Source: Acetobacteraceae bacterium (GTDB lineage: Bacteria; Pseudomonadota; Alphaproteobacteria; Acetobacterales; Acetobacteraceae). From it: 64,000 nt of DNA. The number at the start of each line of letters is the position of its first letter. Position 1 is the stretch's first letter. The position numbers and the translations under genes are program-made. Below are positions 30,676 through 40,400 of this stretch, piece by piece. The stretch lies in assembly GCA_003164135.1 (NCBI GenBank), contig PLSD01000123.1:25734-89733 (forward strand). The letters are read 5' to 3'. Under the pieces are notes generated by a model. That model did no database searches and was not told the origin of the DNA. It saw nothing but the letters and a program-made list of their open reading frames with translations.

Positions 30676-31791
30676 TTAAATCGGTGGATGCATTTGCACA
30701 TTCTTGTACAGCGGGAAATCCTTGCCCACGCCGTACTCGATAATGCCGTAGCCAATGTCATCGCCGTCGCGCACTTCGATCACATGGTCGGAGAGCGTGC
30801 GCACCAGCTTGCGGGTTTCGGGGTCGCTCAAATCCCAGCGTTCATGCTCGGAATGGAACTTTCCCTTGTCATCGCCCTGGAACCAGCCATGCAATCCGCC
30901 ATAGAGTCCACCTTTAAGGTAGTAGCGCCCCGGCAGAGTACGAATCTGAATCTTCCGCGACGAGCCATCGGCGAAATGCAACTCAAACTCCGCACTCTCC
31001 ACCGTCTGCCCGCGCGGGTCATCGGCAAAGTTGAAGTCATACTTCACATCTTCCAGGAGCGAGCCCGGCTTGGCCCGCTCACCCACGGCGAAAACCTCCT
31101 CGCCGGAAAGGTAAATCTTCTCGCCCGGCGCGCGCTCCTTAAAGAACACATGCAGCCCCCGTGTCGGGAACTGCACCGTCACCCAGGAGTACAGAAACGG
31201 CGGATAAAACGTCACCGGCGGATGGCTCTCATCGGTGCGCATTTCGGCGCGAATTCCCCAGCTATGGTCGCGCTGCCCCTGCCAACTCTCGGCACCCATG
31301 TCATAGGTCTTGTCGCCGATTTTCAGCCAGCCCGTGTAGCGCCCCAACTGTTCCGCGCGTGCCATATGCTCGGTCACGCGCCCCTGGCGGCGGCGGTAGT
31401 GCTGCTCTTCCTCATGCGGGTTCATCGTCGCGATGAATTCCATATCAAAACTAATCGGCGAGTCATTCTCCGCCAGTGTCAGCCGGTGCCGCCGCAACCC
31501 TTCGATCACCTCAATCTTCAACGGCCCGATTGTCGTCTCCAACGGGTTCGGCCGCGCGCGGCGCGAGACACGAAAATTGTACTGAATTCCATCAACTTCC
31601 ACGCCCGCGAACGCATCCATCACGTTGCGGTTGGGGTGGTAGCCAAGCCCAATGTCAAACACCACATTGCCCGCCGGCACCAAATGGCCGGTGTACCACA
31701 GCCGTTCCATCCACGCCGGGTCACTCGTGCCCACATGGTCAAACGTCGTGGGCGTCTGGTGGCCGATTAAATCGTCCTGTGGTGTCAGCAT
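30676..31791 (-). CDS. Conserved hypothetical protein (beta-rich, RDHSWG motif)
   Basis: 371-aa ORF with normal codon usage, tightly spaced in the operon; W.ERLWY and RDHSWG.R recall tocopherol-cyclase/AttH-like folds. Confidence 0.7.
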   Translation of the reverse strand: MLTPQDDLIGHQTPTTFDHVGTSDPAWMERLWYTGHLVPAGNVVFDIGLGYHPNRNVMDAFAGVEVDGIQYNFRVSRRARPNPLETTIGPLKIEVIEGLRRHRLTLAENDSPISFDMEFIATMNPHEEEQHYRRRQGRVTEHMARAEQLGRYTGWLKIGDKTYDMGAESWQGQRDHSWGIRAEMRTDESHPPVTFYPPFLYSWVTVQFPTRGLHVFFKERAPGEKIYLSGEEVFAVGERAKPGSLLEDVKYDFNFADDPRGQTVESAEFELHFADGSSRKIQIRTLPGRYYLKGGLYGGLHGWFQGDDKGKFHSEHERWDLSDPETRKLVRTLSDHVIEVRDGDDIGYGIIEYGVGKDFPLYKNVQMHPPI

Positions 31792-32250
31792 TTACGCCTC
31801 CTGTTCCTTGCCGAGCGAAATTTCCGCGAACATCGGTTTCGCACTGGTTTTCAGCTCATGTTTCAATTGCCGGTGAATATACGCCCTCACCGCCGCATCG
31901 CCCGCCGGATGCTCATGCGCCGCCAGCCAGCCGATCAACGCCGACACCGCCGCATCCCCCGTATCGCGCAGCTTCTCCAACTGACCCGCATCATGCGGCA
32001 GCTCATCGGGCAACAACACATGCGGCGCCTCGGCGGGCAGTTCCGCCGTTGCTTCCGCCAATTCCCGCAACGCGCCAATCTGCGCCAGCAAAAACGCCGG
32101 GGACCACGACGCCCGCAGCTGCAAACTTTTCAGCGCATAAATCACGCCATAAGCCTGGCCGCGCACAAACTCGCCTTCCAAATTCGGCAGAATCTCCCGC
32201 CGCAGCGTCTCCACCATGCCTTCAATCAAACGATCCAGGGAATTGTTCAT
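31792..32250 (-). CDS. Small helical hypothetical protein, probable partner of the phosphotransferase (LvaB-like)
   Basis: ATGA overlap with the kinase gene; LIE....LRREILP.L pattern. Confidence 0.65.
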   Translation of the reverse strand: MNNSLDRLIEGMVETLRREILPNLEGEFVRGQAYGVIYALKSLQLRASWSPAFLLAQIGALRELAEATAELPAEAPHVLLPDELPHDAGQLEKLRDTGDAAVSALIGWLAAHEHPAGDAAVRAYIHRQLKHELKTSAKPMFAEISLGKEQEA

Positions 32251-33299
32251 GCGTTTGCCTCCAGCGCCTTTTCAATCTGCCGCAGCACCGGGGCAATCTG
32301 CGTGCCCATTGCCGGCATCCGCATGTCGTAAAACCCCTTGCGCTCAAACGCATAAACCCCGGCCATATGCGTGGCCGCCAGCTTTACCAGATTGAAAATC
32401 TCATAAAACCGCATGGACTCCTCACTCACCGCAAACCCGGTCTTCGCCTCATAACGCGCATAAAACTCATCGCGCGCAATCAGCTTGCCCATCAGCTTCG
32501 TGCCGCCCCGGTATTGCGGCAGGCAGAACCACGCCAGATCCTCATGCGGGTCGCCCAGATGCACCAGCTCCCAATCCAGAATTGCCGTGATTTTCCCATC
32601 AACTTCCAGGAAATTCCCCAGCCGGTAATCGCCATGGACGATACTCACGCGCGGTGCCACCGGCTGGTGCGCGCGCAACCAGCGCAGCGCGAAATCAAAC
32701 ATCGGGTAAGCCTTCAGCGCCCAGCGATGATAATTGCGCTCCCATTCCTCAATCTGCAGCAGCCCCGCGTTCGCCACGCTCACATTCGCTGCCAATTCCG
32801 CCAACCCCGAGCGTTGCCAGTCAATATTATGCAGCGCCCCCAGCGCATCGGTGAACTGCGCGCCCAGCGAGTGCCGGAATTCATCGCTCATCTCGCTCCC
32901 CGGCCCCCAGGGTATCGGCGCCTCGCCGCGCACCAGCTCGGAGATGAAAAACGGCGCACCGAGAATTGCCGCATCGTCGGACCAATAATACGCACGCGGT
33001 GCGGGCACATCATGCCCCTCCAGCGCCTTCAACGACAAATACTGCGGCGCGGCGCTATACGGCGCAAACAACCCAAGTGCTGGCCCCAGCCGCAAAATCA
33101 ACCCCGTCACGCCCTCAATCCCCGGTGCGGGAATGGAAAACCCATAAGTGATCCACGAAAACCCAACCGCAAACCGCTTCAACGCGCCGATCTCCACCGG
33201 CCGCCCAAGTTTTTCCGTCAAATACGCATTCAGCCGCAGCACCAGCCCAGGCTCGTCATACAGATCAATAGGCTCAATTGCTTGCCCGGCGCTGCTCAT
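32247..33299 (-). CDS. APH-family phosphotransferase (LvaA/ACAD10-11 kinase-domain-like)
   Basis: LGAPFF, IVHGDYRLGN, AILDWE, GDPHEDLAW. Confidence 0.9.
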   Translation of the reverse strand: MSSAGQAIEPIDLYDEPGLVLRLNAYLTEKLGRPVEIGALKRFAVGFSWITYGFSIPAPGIEGVTGLILRLGPALGLFAPYSAAPQYLSLKALEGHDVPAPRAYYWSDDAAILGAPFFISELVRGEAPIPWGPGSEMSDEFRHSLGAQFTDALGALHNIDWQRSGLAELAANVSVANAGLLQIEEWERNYHRWALKAYPMFDFALRWLRAHQPVAPRVSIVHGDYRLGNFLEVDGKITAILDWELVHLGDPHEDLAWFCLPQYRGGTKLMGKLIARDEFYARYEAKTGFAVSEESMRFYEIFNLVKLAATHMAGVYAFERKGFYDMRMPAMGTQIAPVLRQIEKALEANA

Positions 33300-33511
33300 C
33301 AATTTATTTCCCCCGGCTCTGGCATTATCTCTGTATTGGCGGTCAGCAACAGCAAACCACCCGCGCCAAGCCCCTCAATGCCACCCCATATCGGGCGATA
33401 ATAAGTCCCACGGACCGAACTTTTGTGTGGCTCCGTCCGCCACGCCTCCCGATAACAAGAAGCCAATCGGAGGCCCCACAGGGCCTCTTCATCTCATGGA
33501 GGAGAGCTTAG

Positions 33512-34687
33512 ATGATCGAGCGTACCTTATTCCGCGAAGAGCACAACATATTCCGGGAGTCGGTCCGCCGCTTCGTCGAACGCGAAATCGTGCCCTTCCA
33601 CGCGCAGTGGGAGGAAGACGGCATCGTCCCGCGCGAACTCTGGCTGAAAGCCGGCGCCGAGGGGTTGCTGTGTTGCACCGTGCCGGAAGAATACGGCGGA
33701 CTTGGCCTTGATTATCTGTTCGATGTCGTGGTCTTCGAGGAACTCTGGCGCGCCGGCGCCTCCGGCCCGGGCTTCCTCATCCATACCGACCTCGTCGCCA
33801 CCTACATCCTTTCCTTCGGCACCGATGAACAAAAGCGCAAGTGGCTGCCCAAAATGGTTAGCGGCGAGGCGATCGGCTCGCTGGGCATGACCGAACCGCA
33901 CGCCGGCTCCGACCTCAAAGCCATCCGCACCAAAGCCACCCGCGACGGCGATGACTTCGTCATCAACGGCCAGAAAGTCTTCATCTCCAACGGCCAGATG
34001 TGCGACATCCTGGTCCTCGCCACCAAAACCGACGGCGCCGCCGGTGCCCACGGCATCACCCTCTTCCTGGTCGAAGGCGACCGCGAGGGTTTTCACCGCG
34101 GCCGCAACCTCAGCAAGCTGGGCATGAAGGCGCAGGACACCTCCGAGCTGTTCTTCGACAACGTCCGCATCCCCGCCACCAACCTGCTGGGCCAGGAAGG
34201 CAAGGGCTTCCAGCAGATGATGACCAAACTCGCGCAGGAGCGCCTCGCGCAGGCCATCCGCTCCGCCACGGTAACCGAAACCGTCATCCAGTGGACGGTC
34301 GACTACACCTCCGAGCGCAAGGCGTTCGGCCAGACCATCGCCGACTTCCAGAACACCCAGTTCGTGCTGGCGGATTTGCACACCAAGGCAACCGTCGCCC
34401 GCGTCTACACCGACAAATGCATCGAGCTGTTCATGCAGGGCAAGCTGGACTCCGTGGACGCCGCCATGGCGAAAATGTTCGTCTGTGAGCTTCACTGCGA
34501 AGCCGTCGACAAATGCCTGCAACTCTTCGGCGGCTGGGGCTATATGTGGGAATATCCCATCACCCGCGCCTACGCCGACGCGCGTATCGTCAAAATCGCC
34601 GGTGGCTCCATCGAGATCATGAAGACCATCATCGCCAAACAAATGTTCGCGGGCAAGCTCACCAAACCCGCCAGAAACAAAGAATAA
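33512..34687 (+). CDS. Acyl-CoA dehydrogenase (LCAD-type)
   Basis: GMTEPHAGSD, KVFISNG, AQERL, CLQLFGGWG, IAGGSIEIM. Confidence 0.95.
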   Translation: MIERTLFREEHNIFRESVRRFVEREIVPFHAQWEEDGIVPRELWLKAGAEGLLCCTVPEEYGGLGLDYLFDVVVFEELWRAGASGPGFLIHTDLVATYILSFGTDEQKRKWLPKMVSGEAIGSLGMTEPHAGSDLKAIRTKATRDGDDFVINGQKVFISNGQMCDILVLATKTDGAAGAHGITLFLVEGDREGFHRGRNLSKLGMKAQDTSELFFDNVRIPATNLLGQEGKGFQQMMTKLAQERLAQAIRSATVTETVIQWTVDYTSERKAFGQTIADFQNTQFVLADLHTKATVARVYTDKCIELFMQGKLDSVDAAMAKMFVCELHCEAVDKCLQLFGGWGYMWEYPITRAYADARIVKIAGGSIEIMKTIIAKQMFAGKLTKPARNKE

Positions 34688-34700
34688 AAGGAACTCAACC

Positions 34701-35591
34701 ATGGTTTCACCGTTTCGCAGCAACGTCCTCGCGGACAAGCGCATCCTCGTCTCCGGCGGCGGCACCGGCCTGGGCCGCGAGATCACCCGCGGCTTCGCCC
34801 AGCACGGCGCCACCGTCTACATCTGCGGCCGGCGCGAAGGCGTCCTAGCCGAAACCGCGGCCGAAATCAGCGCCGAGACCGGCGGCAAGGTCATCGGCAT
34901 CGGCTGCAACCTGCGCGAGCCGGACTCCATCACCGCGATGGCCGATCGCATCTGGCAGGACGGCGCGCTGACCGGCCTGGTCAACAACGCCGCCGCCAAC
35001 TTCATCTCCCCCACCAAAGACCTCACCCCGCGCGGCTACGAGGCCATCCGCTCCACGGTGATGGACGGCAATTTCTACGCGACGCTGGAAGTCGGCAAAC
35101 GCTGGATCGCGGCCGGCCAGCGCGGCTCCATCGTCAGCAACCTCGTCACCTGGGTATGGACCGGCTCGGCCTTCGTCGTCCCCTCCGCCATGGCCAAAAC
35201 CGCGTTGCACGCCATGACCATGTCGCTCGCCGTCGAATGGGGCCCCTACGGCATCCGTCTCAACGCGGTCGCGCCCGGCGCGTTCCCGACCGAAACGGCC
35301 TGGGAAAAACTCAGCCCCATCCCCGAAGCCTCGGTCGGCGCCAGCTCGGCGGACGAAGTGCCAATGCGCCGTTTCGGCGAGATGCCGGAACTGCAGAACC
35401 TCATGATCTTCCTGCAGGCCGACGGCTGCGACTACCTCACCGGCCAGACCATCGGCATCGACGGCGGCCACCATTTGGCCGCCCCCAGCACTTTCGCCGG
35501 CCTCTCCAAACTGACCGACGAACAATGGGGCCGCGCCCGCGAAGCCATCAAAGCCTCCTCCGCGAAGGAAAAAGCCCAGCGCACCGTTTAA
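34701..35591 (+). CDS. SDR, 2,4-dienoyl-CoA reductase-like
   Basis: SGGGTGLG, ICGRR, NNAAANF, SAMAK (no catalytic Tyr), LAVEWG. Confidence 0.88.
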   Translation: MVSPFRSNVLADKRILVSGGGTGLGREITRGFAQHGATVYICGRREGVLAETAAEISAETGGKVIGIGCNLREPDSITAMADRIWQDGALTGLVNNAAANFISPTKDLTPRGYEAIRSTVMDGNFYATLEVGKRWIAAGQRGSIVSNLVTWVWTGSAFVVPSAMAKTALHAMTMSLAVEWGPYGIRLNAVAPGAFPTETAWEKLSPIPEASVGASSADEVPMRRFGEMPELQNLMIFLQADGCDYLTGQTIGIDGGHHLAAPSTFAGLSKLTDEQWGRAREAIKASSAKEKAQRTV

Positions 35592-35651
35592 TTCTCCAAC
35601 TCCCCAACTTTAGGTAGGTTCGCCGGTCTAAAATTTAAACCAAACCGTAAC

Positions 35652-35730
35652 CGTACGAGTTTATCCTACGCAAACTCGTAGTGACGTTTCCTCCCTAAAC
35701 TTGGCGGTGCTTTCGGGCACCGCCTTTTTT
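35652..35730 (+). ncRNA. suhB/alpha-r8 (MmgR-like) small RNA
   Basis: 5' hairpin tacgagttt/aaactcgta, core GTTTCCTCCCTAAACTT, terminator ggcggtgc-tttcgg-gcaccgcc-TTTTTT; 5' end approximate. Confidence 0.75.
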
Positions 35731-35766
35731 CTGTCTGCTGCTTCTGTCTGCGGCTCTGGGAGTTTC

Positions 35767-35853
35767 TGGTGCGGGTGGGGGGACTCGAACCCCCACAGGA
35801 CTATGTCCCAACGGATTTTAAGTCCGGTGCGTCTACCATTCCGCCACACCCGC
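35767..35853 (-). tRNA. tRNA-Leu(TAA)
   Basis: GCGGGTGTGGCGGAATGGTAGACGC-ACCGGA-CTTAAAA-TCCGT..., long variable arm, GGTTCGAGTCC, 3' ACCA. Confidence 0.97.
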
Positions 35854-35957
35854 ACACGGCCCCGTCTATAAGGGCTCACCCGAGCGAAGCCAAGAACCCG
35901 CCCCGCCCGCAAATCATCCATTGACGCGGCGCGGCCACCCTTGGCAGCACAACCTCC

Positions 35958-37787
35958 ATGGCCCGCCCACCCCGCACCCCCGCCAAACCAACCGCCAAGG
36001 CAAAACCCGCCCCGCCGCCCCCCGCGCGCGCAAAAATCCACATCCGCGCCCGCCGCCACCTGCGCGTCGCCACCTTCATCCTGCGCCATCTTACCATCAT
36101 CGCCATCTGGGGTGCGGTCACCCTCGGCCTCGCCGGGCTCTGGTTCACCTGGGACATGCCGAATCCCGCCACCGCCGTCACCACCGCCCGCCGCCCCGCC
36201 ATTTTGCTGCTGGACCCCGCCGGCCACCTCGTCGCCCGCTTCGGCGACGCTTCCGGGAACGTCGTCCTCCCCGCGGCCCTGCCGCCCTACGTTCCCGCCG
36301 CCTTCATCGCCATCGAGGACCGCCGTTTCTACGCCCACGGCCCGTTCGACCTGCAAGGCATCCTCCGCGCCGGCGTCTCCGACCTCTTCCACCGCCGCAT
36401 CGTCCAAGGCGGCTCCACCCTCACGCAGCAGGTCGCCAAAACCCTGTTCCTCACCGACAAACGCACAATGCGCCGCAAAGTGCAGGAAGCCGTCCTCAGC
36501 CTCTGGCTCGCCAAACACTATTCGCAAGCCGACATCCTCGGCATCTACCTCAACCGCGTCTACCTGGGGGAGGGCGCTTATGGCATCGACGCCGCCGCCA
36601 GACTCTACTTCGGCGTCCCCGCGGAAAAACTAACCCTCGCCCAGGCCGCCATCCTTGCTGGCCTGCCCAAAGCCCCCTCCAACCTCAACCCGCTCGCCAA
36701 CCCGCAAGCCGCCGCCGCTCGCGCGACCGAGGTGCTCGACGCCATGGTCGCCACCCAGGCCATCACCCTGGATCAGGAAAACCTTGCCGAAGCCCAGCTC
36801 GCCAACGCTGCTTCCCCCACCTCGCGCACCTCCTGGTTCGCCCTTTGGCTCATGCAGAGCCAAGGTGCCTCCATCCCCGAGGGCGAGGACGTCACCCTCA
36901 ACACCACCCTCAACGCCGGTCTGCAAACCGTCGCGGAAGCCGCACTCGACAACACCATCTCCCTCCAAGGCCCCGCCTACAACGTCGCCCAAGGCGCGGT
37001 CGTGGTGCTCGACGCCCGCACCGGCGCGGTCCGCGCCCTGGTCGGCGGCGTGGGTGACCGCGAGGGCTACAACCGCGCCACCCTCGCCCGCCGCCAGACC
37101 GGCTCGGCCATCAAACCCATCGTCTGGCTCGCCGGCCTGCGCGCCGGCATGTCCCCATCTGACACCGTGTTCGACGGCCCTCTCTATTTCCGCGGCTATC
37201 ACCCGCACGACTATGAGGCCAACTACCGCGGCAACGTCTCCATGACCGAGGCACTGGCCGATTCCATGAATACCTGCGCCATTCGTATTCTGCTCCGCGC
37301 CGGCGGCGCCCGCCGCGTCATCGCATTGGCACACGACCTAGGCCTCAACGATAATTTCCCAGACGACGCCACCATGGCGCTCGGTACCGGCGCCGTCGGC
37401 GTCATGCAACTCGCTGGCGCCTACGCCACCTTCTTCAACGGCGGCAACCGCGTCATCCCCTACGGTGTCTCCGCCATCAACGGCACACCCGTATCAAACC
37501 CCGGCCCGGTCCCTGTCGTCAGCCCCAACCAAGCCCAGGCCATCGCGTCCATGATGCGTGCCGTCGTCACCGGCGGCACCGGCAAAGCCGCCTTCATCCC
37601 AACAGAATACACCGCTGGCAAAACCGGCACCACGCAGGACTACCGCGACGCTTGGTTCATAGGCTACGCCAACGGCGACATCATCGCCGTCTGGCTCGGC
37701 AACGACGACAACTCCCCCACCAACAAAATGCTCGGCGGCACCTTGCCGGCGCAGATTTTCAAGGTAATCGCGTCGAGCCTGTCTTAG
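35958..37787 (+). CDS. Class A penicillin-binding protein (PBP1A family)
   Basis: EDRRFY, GGSTLTQQ, RKVQE, YLNRVYLG; transpeptidase SAIK, SMN, KTGT. Confidence 0.95.
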   Translation: MARPPRTPAKPTAKAKPAPPPPARAKIHIRARRHLRVATFILRHLTIIAIWGAVTLGLAGLWFTWDMPNPATAVTTARRPAILLLDPAGHLVARFGDASGNVVLPAALPPYVPAAFIAIEDRRFYAHGPFDLQGILRAGVSDLFHRRIVQGGSTLTQQVAKTLFLTDKRTMRRKVQEAVLSLWLAKHYSQADILGIYLNRVYLGEGAYGIDAAARLYFGVPAEKLTLAQAAILAGLPKAPSNLNPLANPQAAAARATEVLDAMVATQAITLDQENLAEAQLANAASPTSRTSWFALWLMQSQGASIPEGEDVTLNTTLNAGLQTVAEAALDNTISLQGPAYNVAQGAVVVLDARTGAVRALVGGVGDREGYNRATLARRQTGSAIKPIVWLAGLRAGMSPSDTVFDGPLYFRGYHPHDYEANYRGNVSMTEALADSMNTCAIRILLRAGGARRVIALAHDLGLNDNFPDDATMALGTGAVGVMQLAGAYATFFNGGNRVIPYGVSAINGTPVSNPGPVPVVSPNQAQAIASMMRAVVTGGTGKAAFIPTEYTAGKTGTTQDYRDAWFIGYANGDIIAVWLGNDDNSPTNKMLGGTLPAQIFKVIASSLS

Positions 37788-38940
37788 CCCCACCCAGTGC
37801 CAGCCACGCGATGCTGCAAAACACCAGCGCCTCCAGCACAATATAAACAAAGCACGCAGCGGCGTTGCGCGTGACCTCGAAGGGAAACAGATACGCCGTC
37901 AAGTACAGTGCCAGCACCGGCGTAGTCAGGCGCATCCCCCGCCCGGCCATCCACACTCCGGTCAGCAACAGCGCCACCACCACAAACACCGTATCATAAA
38001 CATAGTCATGCGGCGCCGCGAGCGCGGTCCCCGCCAGCAACGCAGCCACCGCCAATCGGTAGTCAGCCCGGCGGAAGCAAAACCACACCACAAGCGCGAT
38101 CCCCAAACCGCCCATACCCTGCGCCGCCAAGGCAATCCCCGCCGGCACATGCAGGTCCAACGCCCCAGCGTCGATGGCCGCCATCAACGCCGCGTTCCCT
38201 TGCGTCACGTGCTGGTATAGCGGCAGCACCCGCCACCACGCCGCCCACATCTCCGGCGGAAACACCAGCAACGAGACCCCCACCATCGCCAGCGCGGTCA
38301 ACACAGTGGCCACAATCACCCGCCAGTCCCCGCGCGCCAGTAAGGCAACGGGCACCAGCACGCCCAACTGCGGCTTCAGCGTCAACAGTCCAAAGGCGAC
38401 GCCCGCCAGCACCGGGCTCGTCGGCACCCAGGCGAACCCCGCCACCAGCAGCGCCGTGCCAAAAAACGCGGTTTCCCCAATTGCGGCATTCATCAGCGAG
38501 GCCGGGGCCAGCACCATCGCCAGCAGCGCGAACCGGCGGAACGGCGGTTGAAACATCAGCCAGCCGGAGCCAGTCAGCAGCGCCAGCCCGGCCACGGTCC
38601 ACAAGGCTTTGGCCGGCCCAATGGGCAAATGCCCCAGCCACACAATGGCCGCCAGAAAATCCGGTGGATAAGGGCAGGGGTAAAATCCGGTAAAATCCGG
38701 CGCCACCGCCTCCTGAAACACCTGCAACCGTGGGAAATCATAAATCCCGCTCCCCGGATGCAGCACGGAGAACCGCGCAAACGACCAGATGCCGAAAAAA
38801 TCCTCATGTGCGTCCGGGCCAAGCCAGCCGATTCTCACCAGATCGTACAGCGCCACCGCCGCGCAAACCGCCAGTATTGCCGTCAGGCACCACCGCAGCG
38901 CCCGCCCGTTTATGTCCCAGCCGGACTCTACGGGCGGCAA
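37759..38940 (-). CDS. GT87/DUF2029 membrane glycosyltransferase
   Basis: DFFGIWS, PYPP, LKPQLG, PHDYVYD; many TM helices; start uncertain. Confidence 0.8.
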   Translation of the reverse strand: MPPVESGWDINGRALRWCLTAILAVCAAVALYDLVRIGWLGPDAHEDFFGIWSFARFSVLHPGSGIYDFPRLQVFQEAVAPDFTGFYPCPYPPDFLAAIVWLGHLPIGPAKALWTVAGLALLTGSGWLMFQPPFRRFALLAMVLAPASLMNAAIGETAFFGTALLVAGFAWVPTSPVLAGVAFGLLTLKPQLGVLVPVALLARGDWRVIVATVLTALAMVGVSLLVFPPEMWAAWWRVLPLYQHVTQGNAALMAAIDAGALDLHVPAGIALAAQGMGGLGIALVVWFCFRRADYRLAVAALLAGTALAAPHDYVYDTVFVVVALLLTGVWMAGRGMRLTTPVLALYLTAYLFPFEVTRNAAACFVYIVLEALVFCSIAWLALGGAKTGSTRLP

Positions 38941-38943
38941 ACC

Positions 38944-40128
38944 TTAACGCCCCATCGCCGTCAGCATAAACCGCCGCTTCAGCCGCGGCATCCGCTCCAC
39001 CGCCGCCAGCCCCACATCCCGCGCCAGCCGCAGCAGCGGGTTGTTGGTGGAAAACAGCCGGTCCAGCGCATCGGTCGCCACCAGCATCAACATATTCGCC
39101 GGCCGCCGCGCTGCCTGATACGCGGCCAGCACCTCCGGCACGCCGCAATCCTCCACACCCGCCAGTAGTTCCACCAGCGCCAGCGCGTCCAAAAACCCCA
39201 GGTTCAGCCCCTGGCCCGCAATCGGATGCACCCCATGCGCGGCATCGCCGATCAGCGCGAGGCGCGTGTCATAATACCGCGCCGCGTACATCGCCGAGAG
39301 CGGATACGTCCACCGCCGCCCCACCAGTTCCGCTGTCCCCAGGTGATCCCCCAGCCGCTTGCGCACCTCGCTCAGAAACCGCACGTCATCCAGGGCCGCC
39401 AGCCGCTTCACGATCTCATGCCGGTCGGTGAACACAATCGCCGAGAGGTGAGGGTGCTCCGCGGTCCCGGTCATCGGCAGCTGCGCGAACGGCCCGCCGG
39501 GCAGGAAATGCTCCAGCGCCACGCCCTCATGCGGCTTCTCATGCGCAATGGCGCACACCACGGCGGATTGTCCATACTGCAGCCGCGTCACCGGTATCCC
39601 AGCCTGCCCGCGCAGTTGCGAGCCACGGCCGTCCGCCGCCACCACCAGCCCGGCGGTGAACACCTCATCGCCCACCACCACGCGCACGCCATCGGCATCA
39701 CGCGTCACCTTCGCCTCCGCCGGCGCGCGCAGCGTCACCCCCGCCGCATCATGCAGCCGCCGGTTAATCGCAATGCGCAGGCTCCGCGCCTCGATGATCC
39801 AGCCGAACGCGCTATCCCCCACCGCGCCCGCATCAAAATGCAGCCGCAGCGGCGAGGCCGGGCGCCCGACCTTTCCATCCGTCACGTCGATCTTAACAAT
39901 AGGGCAGGGGGCAAAAGGCAGCGCCTCCCAAAACCCGGCCATATCCAGCAGCCGCTTGCACCCCGCCGCAATGGCATAGGCCCGCCCATCGAAATCCGGG
40001 TGCTCCATCGGCGGCAGCGCGGCCCGGTCCACCAGCAGCACGCTCTTACCCTGCGCGGCCAGGGCGCAGGCCAAAGCCCCGCCGACCGGCCCGGCCCCGA
40101 TGATCGCAATGTCATGGCTGAATGTCAT
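38944..40128 (-). CDS. UbiH/UbiL-family FAD-dependent ubiquinone hydroxylase
   Basis: GAGPVG, DGRAYAI, AADG, GDAAHGVHPIAGQGLNLG. Confidence 0.92.
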   Translation of the reverse strand: MTFSHDIAIIGAGPVGGALACALAAQGKSVLLVDRAALPPMEHPDFDGRAYAIAAGCKRLLDMAGFWEALPFAPCPIVKIDVTDGKVGRPASPLRLHFDAGAVGDSAFGWIIEARSLRIAINRRLHDAAGVTLRAPAEAKVTRDADGVRVVVGDEVFTAGLVVAADGRGSQLRGQAGIPVTRLQYGQSAVVCAIAHEKPHEGVALEHFLPGGPFAQLPMTGTAEHPHLSAIVFTDRHEIVKRLAALDDVRFLSEVRKRLGDHLGTAELVGRRWTYPLSAMYAARYYDTRLALIGDAAHGVHPIAGQGLNLGFLDALALVELLAGVEDCGVPEVLAAYQAARRPANMLMLVATDALDRLFSTNNPLLRLARDVGLAAVERMPRLKRRFMLTAMGR

Positions 40129-40218
40129 GCCGCCAATCTGGCAGACTCGGCCCGCACCGCCAAGCACCCCGGCGGTTTTACCTGGCGGACTGAACTGCCC
40201 ACGCATTGCCCATAAAAT

Positions 40219-40313
40219 CGCCTTTAATTTGTGCAGTTCCGTTTTAGTGGACAAGCTGTAACCGGCTAACCCCGCGCTTAAAGTTTGCGCAAGGTGTTGG
40301 CACGGAAGCTGCA
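40219..40313 (+). promoter_or_regulatory. Sigma54 promoter with upstream NtrC-like site for amt
   Basis: TGGCACGGAAGCTGCA (40298-40313) with correct GG-N10-GC spacing; CGCCTTTAATTTGTGCA (40219-40235). Confidence 0.7.
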
Positions 40314-40400
40314 AGACATCTCGCGATGCGACGTGGCCGTGAAACCGCGAGGCATCTTGGTGCAACACACACACGGCTGGGATGTTATGGAGACGAGAGA

